Source: a virus (Duplodnaviria; Caudoviricetes). Taken from it: a stretch of DNA of 39,920 nucleotides. Location of the stretch: IMG/VR virus record IMGVR_UViG_3300038797_000052, positions 1 to 39,920 of that record. One strand, 5' to 3'. The translations under genes and the position numbers were made by a program. The notes under the pieces are model-generated. The model had not been told where the DNA came from. It searched no databases and saw only the letters and a program-made list of their open reading frames with translations. This document shows, piece after piece, positions 16,157 to 25,173 of the stretch. The first letter of the stretch is position 1, and each line of letters opens with the position of its first letter.

Positions 16157-16288
16157 GCTGCTCTCCCAATAGTTGAGCCGGCATTTTGCCATGATTGGAA
16201 AAGCAGCGTTTCGCATGGTTGGCGTGACTGTCACGGTCGTAATTCGTTTTCTTAGTCTCGGCACTCGCCGGGGCTTTATCGTTTTGAT

Positions 16289-16443
16289 GTCAGCGTCAAG
16301 CCATAGCCAGGGTGGGCGTTCGGGCGGACCTGGACGCGGTATCGCCGGTTTGTCACGCGTTACAGAAGATCACCGGCAGACAACGCAACCTAGTCCTCGA
16401 TTGTGCTTGCGGGGTGGCGCTGGCGGACTGATGGAAAGGCATC
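16289..16443 (+). ncRNA. Putative structured, pseudoknotted non-coding RNA
   Basis: Five hand-folded helices plus a 5-bp pseudoknot in an intergenic region (see findings). Confidence 0.5.
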
Positions 16444-16455
16444 GAACTTATCTTC

Positions 16456-16482
16456 GGGCTCGCCATATCGGCGGGCCTTTTT
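16456..16482 (+). terminator. Intrinsic terminator upstream of the holin-position genes
   Basis: GGCTCGCC/GGCGGGCC stem followed by TTTTT. Confidence 0.75.
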
Positions 16483-16499
16483 CGTTTCTGGAGTATCGG

Positions 16500-16871
16500 A
16501 TGGACCCTACTGACCTCGGCCCAGGCACAGCTACCTGGCTGGGCGGTACCGGAACCGTATTGCTGGGCGCCTTCCTTTGGTTGCGCAAGTTCCTCTCGAA
16601 GGATGCTGCAGACCGGGCGATGGACAACGCCGATATCGGCACAGTCCGCCGCCTCAACGAACTACTCGACTCAGAGCGCACCGCCCGGAAGGAAGCGGAG
16701 CCCCGTGCCGATCAGTTCGCCAAAGAGCGCAACGAGCTCGCCGCAGCGGTAGGTCGGATGGAGGGCAAGATTGAAGCCCTCACCAGTCACGTCGCACAGC
16801 TCACCGCAACGGTAACCTCGCAGAGCGAAGAAATCGCCCGTTTGCGTACCAAACTGGGAGGCCTCAACTGA
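16500..16871 (+). CDS. Putative holin-like membrane protein (one TM segment plus coiled coil)
   Basis: GGAG RBS; MDPTDLGPGTATWLGGTGTVLLGAFLWLRK; first late gene. Holin role is inferred from position. Confidence 0.65.
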   Translation: MDPTDLGPGTATWLGGTGTVLLGAFLWLRKFLSKDAADRAMDNADIGTVRRLNELLDSERTARKEAEPRADQFAKERNELAAAVGRMEGKIEALTSHVAQLTATVTSQSEEIARLRTKLGGLN

Positions 16872-17209
16872 TGGACAGATGCGCTATGGAATTCATCGCT
16901 CGCCGCTGGTGGCGCCGGGCAGAGATCTGGGTCATCGCCGCGCTGCTGCTCGCCGGCGGCCTAATCCTCGGTTACCAGGCTGGCGTGTGGTCAGCCAGCA
17001 GTGAGCAGACCAAGCAGCTCGCCGAAGTGCGCCGCGCTTACGACGCAGCGCTGGGCAAGCGTGACGTTCGGCTCAACAGCCTGGCCGAGAAGACGCAGGA
17101 CGCGGCAGTAAAGGTGCAAGAAGCATCGAACTCAGCAGTCCAAGCAGCCGACACGGCCAGCAAGGCAGCGGAGAAGGTCAACGAAGCCGTAGAGCGGCAA
17201 ACACCATAG
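16871..17209 (+). CDS. Membrane-anchored coiled-coil protein (lysis-module position)
   Basis: TM segment IWVIAALLLAGGLILGY; TGATG coupling. Confidence 0.7.
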   Translation: MDRCAMEFIARRWWRRAEIWVIAALLLAGGLILGYQAGVWSASSEQTKQLAEVRRAYDAALGKRDVRLNSLAEKTQDAAVKVQEASNSAVQAADTASKAAEKVNEAVERQTP

Positions 17210-17212
17210 GTC

Positions 17213-17246
17213 GCGACACGTTTCGCGAGAGTGCAAATTGTGTCGC
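17213..17246. repeat. Dyad element GCGACAC-N20-GTGTCGC, copy 2
   Basis: Matches 3877-3910. Confidence 0.75.
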
Positions 17247-17258
17247 GGCACTATGCGG

Positions 17259-17447
17259 CTATTGATTGTTGTACTGACGAAACAAGTCGCTCAACGCTTT
17301 CTCATATTGAACCGAAGTGAGTTTGTCCTTCAGTGCGGCCATTACTTCCTGGGCACCGCCCACAACCGTTTCAGCGTCTTTGTTAGATCGGGCTGCCCAT
17401 TCCCTTGCGGCCCGGACTATCGATTGTTCATCGATGCGATCGGTCAT
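17259..17447 (-). CDS. Small hypothetical moron protein (62 aa)
   Basis: AAGGA RBS; protein-like composition; antisense to the late operon. Confidence 0.6.
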   Translation of the reverse strand: MTDRIDEQSIVRAAREWAARSNKDAETVVGGAQEVMAALKDKLTSVQYEKALSDLFRQYNNQ

Positions 17448-17516
17448 TGTGGAGTTCCTTGTAAGTGAATGTCACCCCCGACCATACCCGAAACCCGATT
17501 CGTCAGGACTTTAATC

Positions 17517-17693
17517 ATGAGCAGCATCAGCGCCGAGTACTACCAGATCAAGGGAATGGTCAGCGATATGACCGCCGAGGAACAGGCAGAGGTTGCCCGA
17601 GTCGAGGCCCAAGTATTAGAGCTGTCCAAGTCCTCGCAAGCAGCGGCTCTCGGCGTGATCCTCGCGTCTATCAAGCTTTACCTGGAGCCGTGA
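17517..17693 (+). CDS. Hypothetical phage protein (58 aa)
   Basis: AGGA RBS before ATG 17517. Confidence 0.65.
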   Translation: MSSISAEYYQIKGMVSDMTAEEQAEVARVEAQVLELSKSSQAAALGVILASIKLYLEP

Positions 17694-17695
17694 CC

Positions 17696-17965
17696 ATGGG
17701 AGCTGTTACGGGTAAGCCGCGGTTCACACCCACCGACGAGCAGAGAAAAGCAATGCGGCTTGTCGAGGGATTGGTCAATGACGGGCACTTGGTGCTTGAG
17801 CCCGATCGCTACGTTCCGGATGGCGGGCTGAGGTTTCAGCGGCCGACACAAACGTCAGCGCCCTCTAGAGCCGGGTCGCTGGTCCCTAGCATTGGCTCAC
17901 TATTGCTGGTGCTGGTCTTCGTTGTCGGTGTAGCCGTAGGCGCCAAGATCGCCGGCGGTTGGTGA
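17696..17965 (+). CDS. Hypothetical protein with a C-terminal TM segment (89 aa)
   Basis: GGAG RBS; TGATG coupling to the HNH gene. Confidence 0.55.
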   Translation: MGAVTGKPRFTPTDEQRKAMRLVEGLVNDGHLVLEPDRYVPDGGLRFQRPTQTSAPSRAGSLVPSIGSLLLVLVFVVGVAVGAKIAGGW

Positions 17966-18279
17966 TGGCGAGCACCTCACCATGGCACCACCTGTACAAG
18001 ACCAAGCGCTGGTATCGATTGCGCTGGCATCAGTTGCAGGCAGAGCCAACCTGTCGCATGTGCCGAGCAATGGACGTTGTCGAGGCGGCCAACACCGTCG
18101 ACCACGTAAAGGCTCACAAGGGTGACGAGAATCTGTTCTTTGATGCATCGAATCTCCAGAGCCTGTGCAAGCCGTGTCACGACAGCGCCAAGCAGAGGCA
18201 GGAGAAGACCGGCATCCTGCCAGGGCACGACGTGGCAGGCATCCCAGTCGATCCGAATCATCACTGGAACCGCGATTGA
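17965..18279 (+). CDS. HNH endonuclease (HK97 gp74-like terminase accessory)
   Basis: CRMC...VDHVKAH...NLQSLCKPCHD; located just before the terminase. Confidence 0.92.
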   Translation: MASTSPWHHLYKTKRWYRLRWHQLQAEPTCRMCRAMDVVEAANTVDHVKAHKGDENLFFDASNLQSLCKPCHDSAKQRQEKTGILPGHDVAGIPVDPNHHWNRD

Positions 18280-18289
18280 GCGAATCCAT

Positions 18290-18430
18290 TACGGGATCGG
18301 TTGAAGCACGTCACTGCCCCTAGGGGGGTGGTCAAAATGTGAGGTTTCGCGCCACATAGGACCGCCCTCGACCCTCTTCTTCATCCCTAACCCGGAAAAC
18401 GCCGCCAAAACACAACGCGGCACGATTGAG
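18290..18430. other. Probable cos packaging region
   Basis: Intergenic between HNH and terS; contains CCCCTAGGGGGGTGGTCAAAA. Exact cut site not determined. Confidence 0.5.
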
Positions 18431-18437
18431 AAAACCT

Positions 18438-18914
18438 ATGACAGCCAAGCGCACCCGCTCCGATAGCGCGACATCGGCGGTTGCTGCTATGCAGGCCGCA
18501 TCCGCCGGGCCGCTGAAGCCTCCAAGTTTCGTCAACATCCGCAAAGCCGACAAGCCATTTTGGGATTCCATTGTGCGCGCGCGCACGCGAGAGAGCTGGA
18601 CCGATTCCGACCTGGTCCTAGCCGGCAACCTTGCCAGATGTCTGTCTGACATCGAGCGCCTGCAGAAAGAGATCGATATCGAAGGTGATGTTCTGACCAA
18701 TGATCGCGGTACTCAGGTGATCAATCCCAAGCACAACCTTCTGGAGACTTTGAGCCGTCGCGCTGTGGCATTGAGCCGGACACTGCAAGTTCATGCCCAA
18801 GCGACCCAAGGCGAGTCGCGCGACCAAGGCAAGAAGGCGACCAAGCAACGAGCAGCCGAGAAGGTGCTGGCGAATCAGGACGACGATGATCTGATCCCGA
18901 GAGCGATGCACTGA
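18438..18914 (+). CDS. Terminase small subunit
   Basis: IEGDVLTNDRGTQVINP motif; directly upstream of terL. Confidence 0.88.
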   Translation: MTAKRTRSDSATSAVAAMQAASAGPLKPPSFVNIRKADKPFWDSIVRARTRESWTDSDLVLAGNLARCLSDIERLQKEIDIEGDVLTNDRGTQVINPKHNLLETLSRRAVALSRTLQVHAQATQGESRDQGKKATKQRAAEKVLANQDDDDLIPRAMH

Positions 18915-20455
18915 TGGCGGCCCGGCGCAGAACGCGCGGTGAAAAAGTCATCGCGTTCATCGAGAAATATTGTCGTGTTCCGGAAGGCAAGCACGTTGGA
19001 CAGCCGCTGGTGCTGGATGACTTCCAAAAGGATTTCATCCTGGCCATCTACGACAACCCGGCCGGCACCAGCACGGCGTATTTGAGCATCGCCCGAAAGA
19101 ACGGAAAGACCGGCCTGATCGCCGGGATTCTTCTCGCCCATTTGGTTGGCCCCGAGGCAGTGCTCAATACGCAGATCGTCTCTGGCGCAATGAGCCGAGA
19201 TCAAGCTGGGGTCGTGTTCAAGCTGGCTGTGAAGATGATCCACTTGAATCCGGATCTGAAAGAAATCATTCACATCGTCCCGAGCAGCAAACAACTGATC
19301 GGGCTTCCGCTCAATGTTGAGTTCCGTGCGCTTGCGGCAGAGGGCAAGACGGCGCACGGGCTGTCGCCAGTGCTGGCGATCCTTGATGAGGTAGGCCAGG
19401 TTCGAGGTCCCCAGAGCGATTTTATCGACGCGATAACAACCGCTCAGGGTGCTCACGATTCGCCACTGCTGATCGCAATCAGTACGCAGGCCGCGCAAGA
19501 CAGTGACCTGTTCAGCATCTGGCTCGACGACGCCGAACGCTCGCAAGACCCGCACATTGTCAGTCACGTTTATCAGGCGCCGAAGGACTGCAAGCTCACC
19601 GACAGGGAGGCGTGGCGCGCGGCCAACCCGGCATTGGGGACGTTCCGCTCCCTGGAAGATTTGCAGAAACAGGCCGACAGGGCGAACCGAATGCCGGCGT
19701 CCGAGAACACTTTCCGCAACCTCTGCCTGAATCAGCGAGTGTCGACGGTTTCGGTGTTCGTTTCCAAAGGGGTGTGGGAGTCATGCGGAGGCGACCCGGA
19801 TTCGCCGGACGGCCTTGATCTCTACGGTGGCCTGGACCTGTCATTCAGGACCGACCTTACCGCACTTGTCCTGATCGGCAAGCGCGACGGGGACTGGTGT
19901 GCGTGGGCGTTTTTCTGGACGCCGGAAGTTGGTTTGGCGGATCGCGCGAAACGCGACCGGGCGGCGTACGAGGTCTGGGCTCGCGAGGGATTGCTGATCA
20001 CCACGCCGGGCGCCACCGTCGACTACGCGTTTGTTGCTGCAGACATCGCGCGAATCCTTGGCGAGCTGGGCGGCGACCTGGTGTCGCTCGCTTTCGACCG
20101 GTACCGCATCGACCTTTTCAAACGGGACGCTGAGGCGCAGGGAGTGTCGTTGCCGCTGGTCGAGTACGGCCAAGGCTTCAAGGATATGGCCCCGGCAATT
20201 GACGCGCTGGAGTCAGAGCTGCTGAACGGCCGGGTCCGGCACGGCATGCACCCAGTGCTGACGATGTGCGCGGCCAACGCGGTGATTCAGAAAGATCCGG
20301 CTGGCGGCCGCAAGTTCGCAAAGGACAAAGCTACCGGTCGCATCGACGGAATGTCAGCGCTCGCGATGGCGTTCGGCGCCACCCTGGGCGCTCCGCAAGA
20401 GAGCAAGGGCAGCATCGACGATTACCTCCAAAACGGATTTTCCGGACTTCTATAG
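18914..20455 (+). CDS. Terminase large subunit
   Basis: IARKNGKT Walker A, ILDE Walker B, GLDLS and RIDG nuclease motifs. Confidence 0.96.
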   Translation: MAARRRTRGEKVIAFIEKYCRVPEGKHVGQPLVLDDFQKDFILAIYDNPAGTSTAYLSIARKNGKTGLIAGILLAHLVGPEAVLNTQIVSGAMSRDQAGVVFKLAVKMIHLNPDLKEIIHIVPSSKQLIGLPLNVEFRALAAEGKTAHGLSPVLAILDEVGQVRGPQSDFIDAITTAQGAHDSPLLIAISTQAAQDSDLFSIWLDDAERSQDPHIVSHVYQAPKDCKLTDREAWRAANPALGTFRSLEDLQKQADRANRMPASENTFRNLCLNQRVSTVSVFVSKGVWESCGGDPDSPDGLDLYGGLDLSFRTDLTALVLIGKRDGDWCAWAFFWTPEVGLADRAKRDRAAYEVWAREGLLITTPGATVDYAFVAADIARILGELGGDLVSLAFDRYRIDLFKRDAEAQGVSLPLVEYGQGFKDMAPAIDALESELLNGRVRHGMHPVLTMCAANAVIQKDPAGGRKFAKDKATGRIDGMSALAMAFGATLGAPQESKGSIDDYLQNGFSGLL

Positions 20456-20462
20456 GTTCAAT

Positions 20463-21674
20463 ATGGCGTCTCGCTGGTACAACCCAATGAGCTGGAGTTT
20501 CTTTGGCTTCAACGATCCCAAGACGGGCGAATACGTTGAAGTGCAAACGGACATCGGCGGCCAGACACGTTCTGGAGCAGTGATCACCCCCAAGAAAGCC
20601 ATGGCAATCCCCATTGTCTGGTCCTGCATCAAGATCCTCAGTGAGACGGTTTCAGGGCTGCCGTTGAAGTTGTTCGAGGATCAGCCCGCCGGGCGAATTC
20701 TTGTGAAGGAAAACAAGCGTGCGTTACGGATTTTGGCCAAGCCAAACCCGTACATGACGATGCTGAACTTCATCAAGGCAGCCGTGGTGAACATGGCCCT
20801 GCGTGGCAACGGCTATGCGCTGATCGAGCGCGCTGACAATGGCGACTTCATCGGCCTGGTGCCGGTCGGCGCGGATGCCGTGGAAATCGATACCGAGGAC
20901 GATCTGCTCTACTGGGTGACCCTCAACGGGAAGCGCTTCCCTGTCTCGCCTCAGAACATGCTGCATTTCAAGTTGTTCAGCGCTGATGGAATCTGCGGCC
21001 TTTCACCGGTTGAATTTCACAAGGAAGCCATGGGCCTGGCCAAGGCGGCACAGGACTGGTCAGCCCGCTTTATGCGAAAGGGCGGCTTCACCGGCGGTTA
21101 CGTCATTTACGAGAACTTCCTCACCTCTGAGCAGCGCGACCAGGTGCTGAACAAGTTTCCGAAGATCCGCGACGGAGACGTCGAGGACATCGGGAAAATG
21201 GGGTTGCTCGAAGGCGGCCCGACCATCGTGCCTGCTGGTATGACCCAGAAGGACAGCCAGTTCATCGAGTCCCAGCAGTTCCAGGAAGAAGCGCTCGCCG
21301 GCATCTGGGGCGTTCCGCTTTACCTGGCCAACCGCGCAGGCAAGACCTCAATCATGGGATCGAACCTGGAGCAACAAACCAGCGGCTTCATCACGTTCGG
21401 CTTGAGCCCCTACATCAAGGCTATCGAAGACGAGATCAACGACAAGCTGTTCGCAGGAACTGCCTTATTCGTCGAGTTCGTTGTCGAGGGGCTGCTGCGC
21501 GCAGATAGCGCGGGCCGGGCCACTTACTACAAGGGTGCCCTCGGCGGCTCCGGCGGCTCTGGCTGGATGACCATCAACGAGGTCCGCCGCAAAGAAAACC
21601 TTCCTCCGCTGGCTGGCGAAGAATACGACCGGGTCACCCGGTGGGAGATGCAGACCAATGTTCAGCAAGATTGA
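20463..21674 (+). CDS. HK97-family portal protein
   Basis: ETVSGLPL, PNPYMT, LRGNGY, GLSPV and WMTINEVR motifs. Confidence 0.95.
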   Translation: MASRWYNPMSWSFFGFNDPKTGEYVEVQTDIGGQTRSGAVITPKKAMAIPIVWSCIKILSETVSGLPLKLFEDQPAGRILVKENKRALRILAKPNPYMTMLNFIKAAVVNMALRGNGYALIERADNGDFIGLVPVGADAVEIDTEDDLLYWVTLNGKRFPVSPQNMLHFKLFSADGICGLSPVEFHKEAMGLAKAAQDWSARFMRKGGFTGGYVIYENFLTSEQRDQVLNKFPKIRDGDVEDIGKMGLLEGGPTIVPAGMTQKDSQFIESQQFQEEALAGIWGVPLYLANRAGKTSIMGSNLEQQTSGFITFGLSPYIKAIEDEINDKLFAGTALFVEFVVEGLLRADSAGRATYYKGALGGSGGSGWMTINEVRRKENLPPLAGEEYDRVTRWEMQTNVQQD

Positions 21675-22296
21675 AGTGCCCTTTGAAGTCAAGGCCAGTG
21701 ATGACGCCGGTAACTTCGAGGGATATGCAGCGGTGTTCAACAATGTTGACTTGGGTGACGACGTAATTCTCCCGGGCGCATTCACCAAGGTAAAGACCAC
21801 TCGCGGCGGCCGTCTGAAGCTGGCGCTGTTTCACGACCTCACTCGACTGGTGGGTTCCGCAGACTTTACCCAAGACAGCCACGGGCTTTACATCAAAGGC
21901 AAAGTCAACTTGGCAGTGAGCTATGCCCGCGATGCTTACGAGCTGATGAAAGAGGGCACGCTCGACAGTATGTCGATCGGCTTCAACACGATCCTGGCGG
22001 CATACGAAGAGCGGGAAGGCCGGACCATCCGCATCATCAAGCAGGCAGAACTCTGGGAAGCATCTTTGGTGCCGTTCGGGATGAACCCAGAGGCGCAAGT
22101 CACCGACGTTAAGTCGGACATCAGAATTTTTGAGAAGGCCCTGCGCGATCGCATGGGCCTTTCTCAGAAGGAGGCGGCAGCAGTCGCCTCGCTCGGCTAC
22201 TCCGCAGTGCACCGTGATGGTGGAACTGAGGCCACGGCGATCGTGGAAGGGCTGAAATCACTCTCCACCACTTTTGACAATTTTTTTAAGGTGTAG
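21658..22296 (+). CDS. HK97-family prohead protease
   Basis: FEGYAAVF...FH...MSIGF...EASLVPFGMNPEA. Confidence 0.95.
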   Translation: MFSKIEVPFEVKASDDAGNFEGYAAVFNNVDLGDDVILPGAFTKVKTTRGGRLKLALFHDLTRLVGSADFTQDSHGLYIKGKVNLAVSYARDAYELMKEGTLDSMSIGFNTILAAYEEREGRTIRIIKQAELWEASLVPFGMNPEAQVTDVKSDIRIFEKALRDRMGLSQKEAAAVASLGYSAVHRDGGTEATAIVEGLKSLSTTFDNFFKV

Positions 22297-22298
22297 CC

Positions 22299-23504
22299 AT
22301 GACCGATCCAATCCAAGAAGTAAAAGCCACGCTCGAAACTCAGTTGAAGGACGGCTTCACTGGTTTGCAGAAAAAGTACGACGCTGTTGCCGATGAACTG
22401 CAAAAGGGCAACACCGTCACCAGCGCGATGAAGGCTCAGATCGAAACCCAGAAGGGCGAAATCGAACGTGTCATCGAGCAGGTCCAGAAGCTGGAAGAAA
22501 AGGGCATCAAGCTGCGCAGTCAGCCCGGCGAGGCCAAGAGCTTCATCGACCTGGTCAAAAACGACGATGCTTATAAATCGTTGCAGGCGAAGAGCGTTTC
22601 CCTGGCCGATATCGAAGTGACCAAATCCGACATGGCCAGCATGAAGGAAATGAAGGTCACCAGCGCCGGTATCGTTGCGCCGAACTATGACCCGGTCATT
22701 CAGCCTGGCATCCGCCAGGAGCTGCGCATCCGCGATCTGTTGACCACCGTTCCGGTGTCCGGCCAGAACTACACCTACTTCAAAGAAAACCTGCACACCC
22801 GCGGCGCCGCACCAGTGGCGGAAGGTGGCTTGAAGCCAACCAGCAATGTGACCTTCACGACCCAGACCGACCGGGTCAAAAAGATCGCCGTCTGGATGCC
22901 CGTGACCGACGAGGCGCTGGACGATGTTCCTCAGCTGATGGCCTACCTGCAGGAGCTTCTGCGCTACGACCTCAAGCTCGAGGAAGAGCGTCAGATCCTG
23001 AAGGGCGACGGCACCGGTGAGAACCTGAACGGCCTGATGACCCAGGCCACCGTGTACAACGCGGAACTGACCAAAGCTGGCGATACCGCCATCGATCTGG
23101 TACGCCGCGCGATCTACCAGGTTCGCAAGCAATCGATGCTGTCCGCAGACGGCATTGTGATGACCGAGCTCGATTGGATGAACATTGAGCTGCAGAAGGA
23201 TGGCGAGAACCGCTACCTGTTCGCAAACCTGCAGGGTCTGGTCACACCGGTTCTCTGGGGCCGTCCAGTGGTGACTTCCGATAGTGTCGACGAGGGTGAT
23301 GCCGACACCGGTGGCGAGTTCCTGGTGGCGAACTTCGCTCGCTCGTCGGTGCTGTTCGATCGCATGTCGTTCCTGTTCAAGATGGGCCTGATCAACGATC
23401 AGTTCATCAAGAACGAACGCGCGCTGCTGGTTGAAGAGCGCCTCGGCCTGGGCGTGCGCCGTCGTGAAGGTTTGGTCAAAGGCCGCTTCACCGTCGCGGC
23501 CTAA
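22299..23504 (+). CDS. Major capsid protein (HK97 fold with N-terminal delta domain)
   Basis: Coiled-coil N-terminus; VAEGGLKP; ILKGDGTGENLNGL; LWGRPVV. Confidence 0.95.
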   Translation: MTDPIQEVKATLETQLKDGFTGLQKKYDAVADELQKGNTVTSAMKAQIETQKGEIERVIEQVQKLEEKGIKLRSQPGEAKSFIDLVKNDDAYKSLQAKSVSLADIEVTKSDMASMKEMKVTSAGIVAPNYDPVIQPGIRQELRIRDLLTTVPVSGQNYTYFKENLHTRGAAPVAEGGLKPTSNVTFTTQTDRVKKIAVWMPVTDEALDDVPQLMAYLQELLRYDLKLEEERQILKGDGTGENLNGLMTQATVYNAELTKAGDTAIDLVRRAIYQVRKQSMLSADGIVMTELDWMNIELQKDGENRYLFANLQGLVTPVLWGRPVVTSDSVDEGDADTGGEFLVANFARSSVLFDRMSFLFKMGLINDQFIKNERALLVEERLGLGVRRREGLVKGRFTVAA

Positions 23505-23521
23505 ACCCCGCAGCGTTCGAT

Positions 23522-23545
23522 GGCCGGCCTTTGTGCCGGCCTTTT
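23522..23545 (+). terminator. Terminator after the capsid gene
   Basis: GGCCGGC/GCCGGCC stem followed by TTTT. Confidence 0.7.
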
Positions 23546-23561
23546 CGTTTCAGGAGGCAAC

Positions 23562-23780
23562 ATGAAAATCAAAGCATTGTGGGGATTCGCCGGTAACGCG
23601 ACGTTGCTGGGTGCCGACTCGAGTTCGGTGAGGGCTGGCCAAGTGTTCGACGAAGTCGATGACGAATACGCCCATACCCTGATTGGCAAGGGGCTGGCGG
23701 AGGAAGTCGACGGCGAAGGTCAGACGAAGGCTTCCGCGCCTAAACAATCGAAAGCGGCGGCCCCGAAAGAGAACAAGTAA
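23562..23780 (+). CDS. Small head-associated hypothetical protein
   Basis: AGGAGG RBS; position after the capsid gene. Confidence 0.75.
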   Translation: MKIKALWGFAGNATLLGADSSSVRAGQVFDEVDDEYAHTLIGKGLAEEVDGEGQTKASAPKQSKAAAPKENK

Positions 23781-24080
23781 ATGATCGATCTGGCACGCGT
23801 GAAGCTCCACCTGCGAGTAGACGGCGACGACGAGGATTCGCTCATCACCGGTTACCTTGAGGCCGCAAAGGCGCACGTGGCCATGCACTGTGATCGCGAG
23901 CTCGTCGAATCGCTGCCGACCGGGCCTGAGCAAATGGCGTTCACCCCGGACGTCGAGCAGGCGGTAATGCTGCTCGTTGGCCACTGGTACGCCAACCGCG
24001 AGGCCGTGGTGATCGGCACTATCTCATCGGCTGTTCCGCTGGCCGTTGACCGACTTCTCTGGCCAAGGAAGCGTTTCTGA
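23781..24080 (+). CDS. Head-tail connector (HK97 gp6-like)
   Basis: VKLHLRVDGDDEDSLI...LLVGHWYANRE. Confidence 0.92.
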   Translation: MIDLARVKLHLRVDGDDEDSLITGYLEAAKAHVAMHCDRELVESLPTGPEQMAFTPDVEQAVMLLVGHWYANREAVVIGTISSAVPLAVDRLLWPRKRF

Positions 24081-24412
24081 TGAGAGCAGGCCCGATGCGT
24101 CACCGGTGCGCCATCCATAAAGAGGTGCGCACGCCGAACGGTTCCGGCGGCTTCAAAGTTGTCTGGACTGAAGTTGGACAACTGTGGGCTGAGATAACCA
24201 TCCCGACCGGGCGAATTGCGCCGGTGGCCGAGCAGCTGAAGGCTTTGGTCACCGCCGAGATCCGCGTCCGGCCAAGGGCCGATGCCGTCGCAGGAAATCG
24301 CATCGTGCACACGGCGAAAGGAATCACCACCACCTACCTGATCGGCGCCGCGTTGATCGACAACGAGCACAGCATGCTCCGGCTGCTCTGCTCAAACGTT
24401 CCCAACCCTTGA
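24080..24412 (+). CDS. Head closure / head-tail joining protein
   Basis: MRAGPMRHR...GG...W...WAEI pattern; gene position. Confidence 0.88.
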   Translation: MRAGPMRHRCAIHKEVRTPNGSGGFKVVWTEVGQLWAEITIPTGRIAPVAEQLKALVTAEIRVRPRADAVAGNRIVHTAKGITTTYLIGAALIDNEHSMLRLLCSNVPNP

Positions 24413-24422
24413 GGGTGAATTT

Positions 24423-24590
24423 ATGAAAGTTATTGCACTGGGCGCCTTGTCGGGCGCCACTGGCGATCGGGAAAAAGGCGAAGAGTTCGTGGTCGACGCT
24501 AAGCTCGGCGCCGACCTCATTCAGCGCGGTCTGGTGAAGCCAGCGGCCGAGGCTGCACCAGCAGATAAACCGGCCAAGGCCAAGGAGTAA
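24423..24590 (+). CDS. Small hypothetical protein (55 aa, MKVIALGALSGATGDREKGEEF...)
   Basis: Not in the ORF track; GAGGG RBS; fills the gap between genes. Confidence 0.7.
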   Translation: MKVIALGALSGATGDREKGEEFVVDAKLGADLIQRGLVKPAAEAAPADKPAKAKE

Positions 24591-24594
24591 ACCC

Positions 24595-25173
24595 ATGGCT
24601 GCTCGCCGGTCGCGCATGTCTGGCGACTTCAAGTTGCGCAAAACGCTGCGCAACATTCACGCCACGATGGATAACGAACTGGTCGGTGTGATGCGGGAAG
24701 GCGCCGACCAGATCCTGGCAACGATGAGGCAACTCATTCCGAAAGACACTGGCGCCGCTGCCGCTGCGTTGAAAGTGTTCGTTTCAAAAAGCGGCCTGAA
24801 CGCCGAGATTGGCATCCGGGGCAAGCGCGACACGCAGCGCTTCTTCTACCTCCGCTTCTTGGAGTACGGGACGAAGGGGTACAGCGGCACGCTATACCGT
24901 CGAGCAGACAGTAACGCCGTGGGCGGTGAGCACACCAACAACCGCGACAAGTCCAAGCTGTCCGGCCGACGCAACGCGTTGCGCGCCCGTGACACGAAGA
25001 ACAAGTCTGACGGCTCCACGTTCTATGGCAAGTACCCGGACATTCCAGCCCGGCCGGCTCATCCATGGTTGCGACCAGCCAAGGACGTGAACCGCGAATT
25101 CGTGCTGGCCAACATCCGCGCCGCGGTATCCAGGACGCTGCGCAAAGCCAGCATGGGAGCGGGCAATGAGTGA
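24595..25173 (+). CDS. HK97 gp10-family tail completion/neck protein
   Basis: PKDTG, FLEYGT and PAHPWLRPA motifs. Confidence 0.9.
   Translation: MAARRSRMSGDFKLRKTLRNIHATMDNELVGVMREGADQILATMRQLIPKDTGAAAAALKVFVSKSGLNAEIGIRGKRDTQRFFYLRFLEYGTKGYSGTLYRRADSNAVGGEHTNNRDKSKLSGRRNALRARDTKNKSDGSTFYGKYPDIPARPAHPWLRPAKDVNREFVLANIRAAVSRTLRKASMGAGNE

Noticed and set aside
16427-16443. CTGATGGAAA as a hammerhead ribozyme core
   Set aside because: Lacks CUGAUGA and the three-stem arrangement around GAAA.
16289-16443. tRNA gene in the post-Q slot
   Set aside because: No cloverleaf of tRNA size, and no correctly placed TTC loop or CCA end.
16173-16499. N-terminal extension of the holin-like ORF
   Set aside because: Crosses a terminator and the structured region; there is a clear RBS at ATG 16500.
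24880-25040. Basic insertion in the gp10-like neck protein as an intein or mobile domain
   Set aside because: Too short and lacks intein motifs; likely a variable loop.
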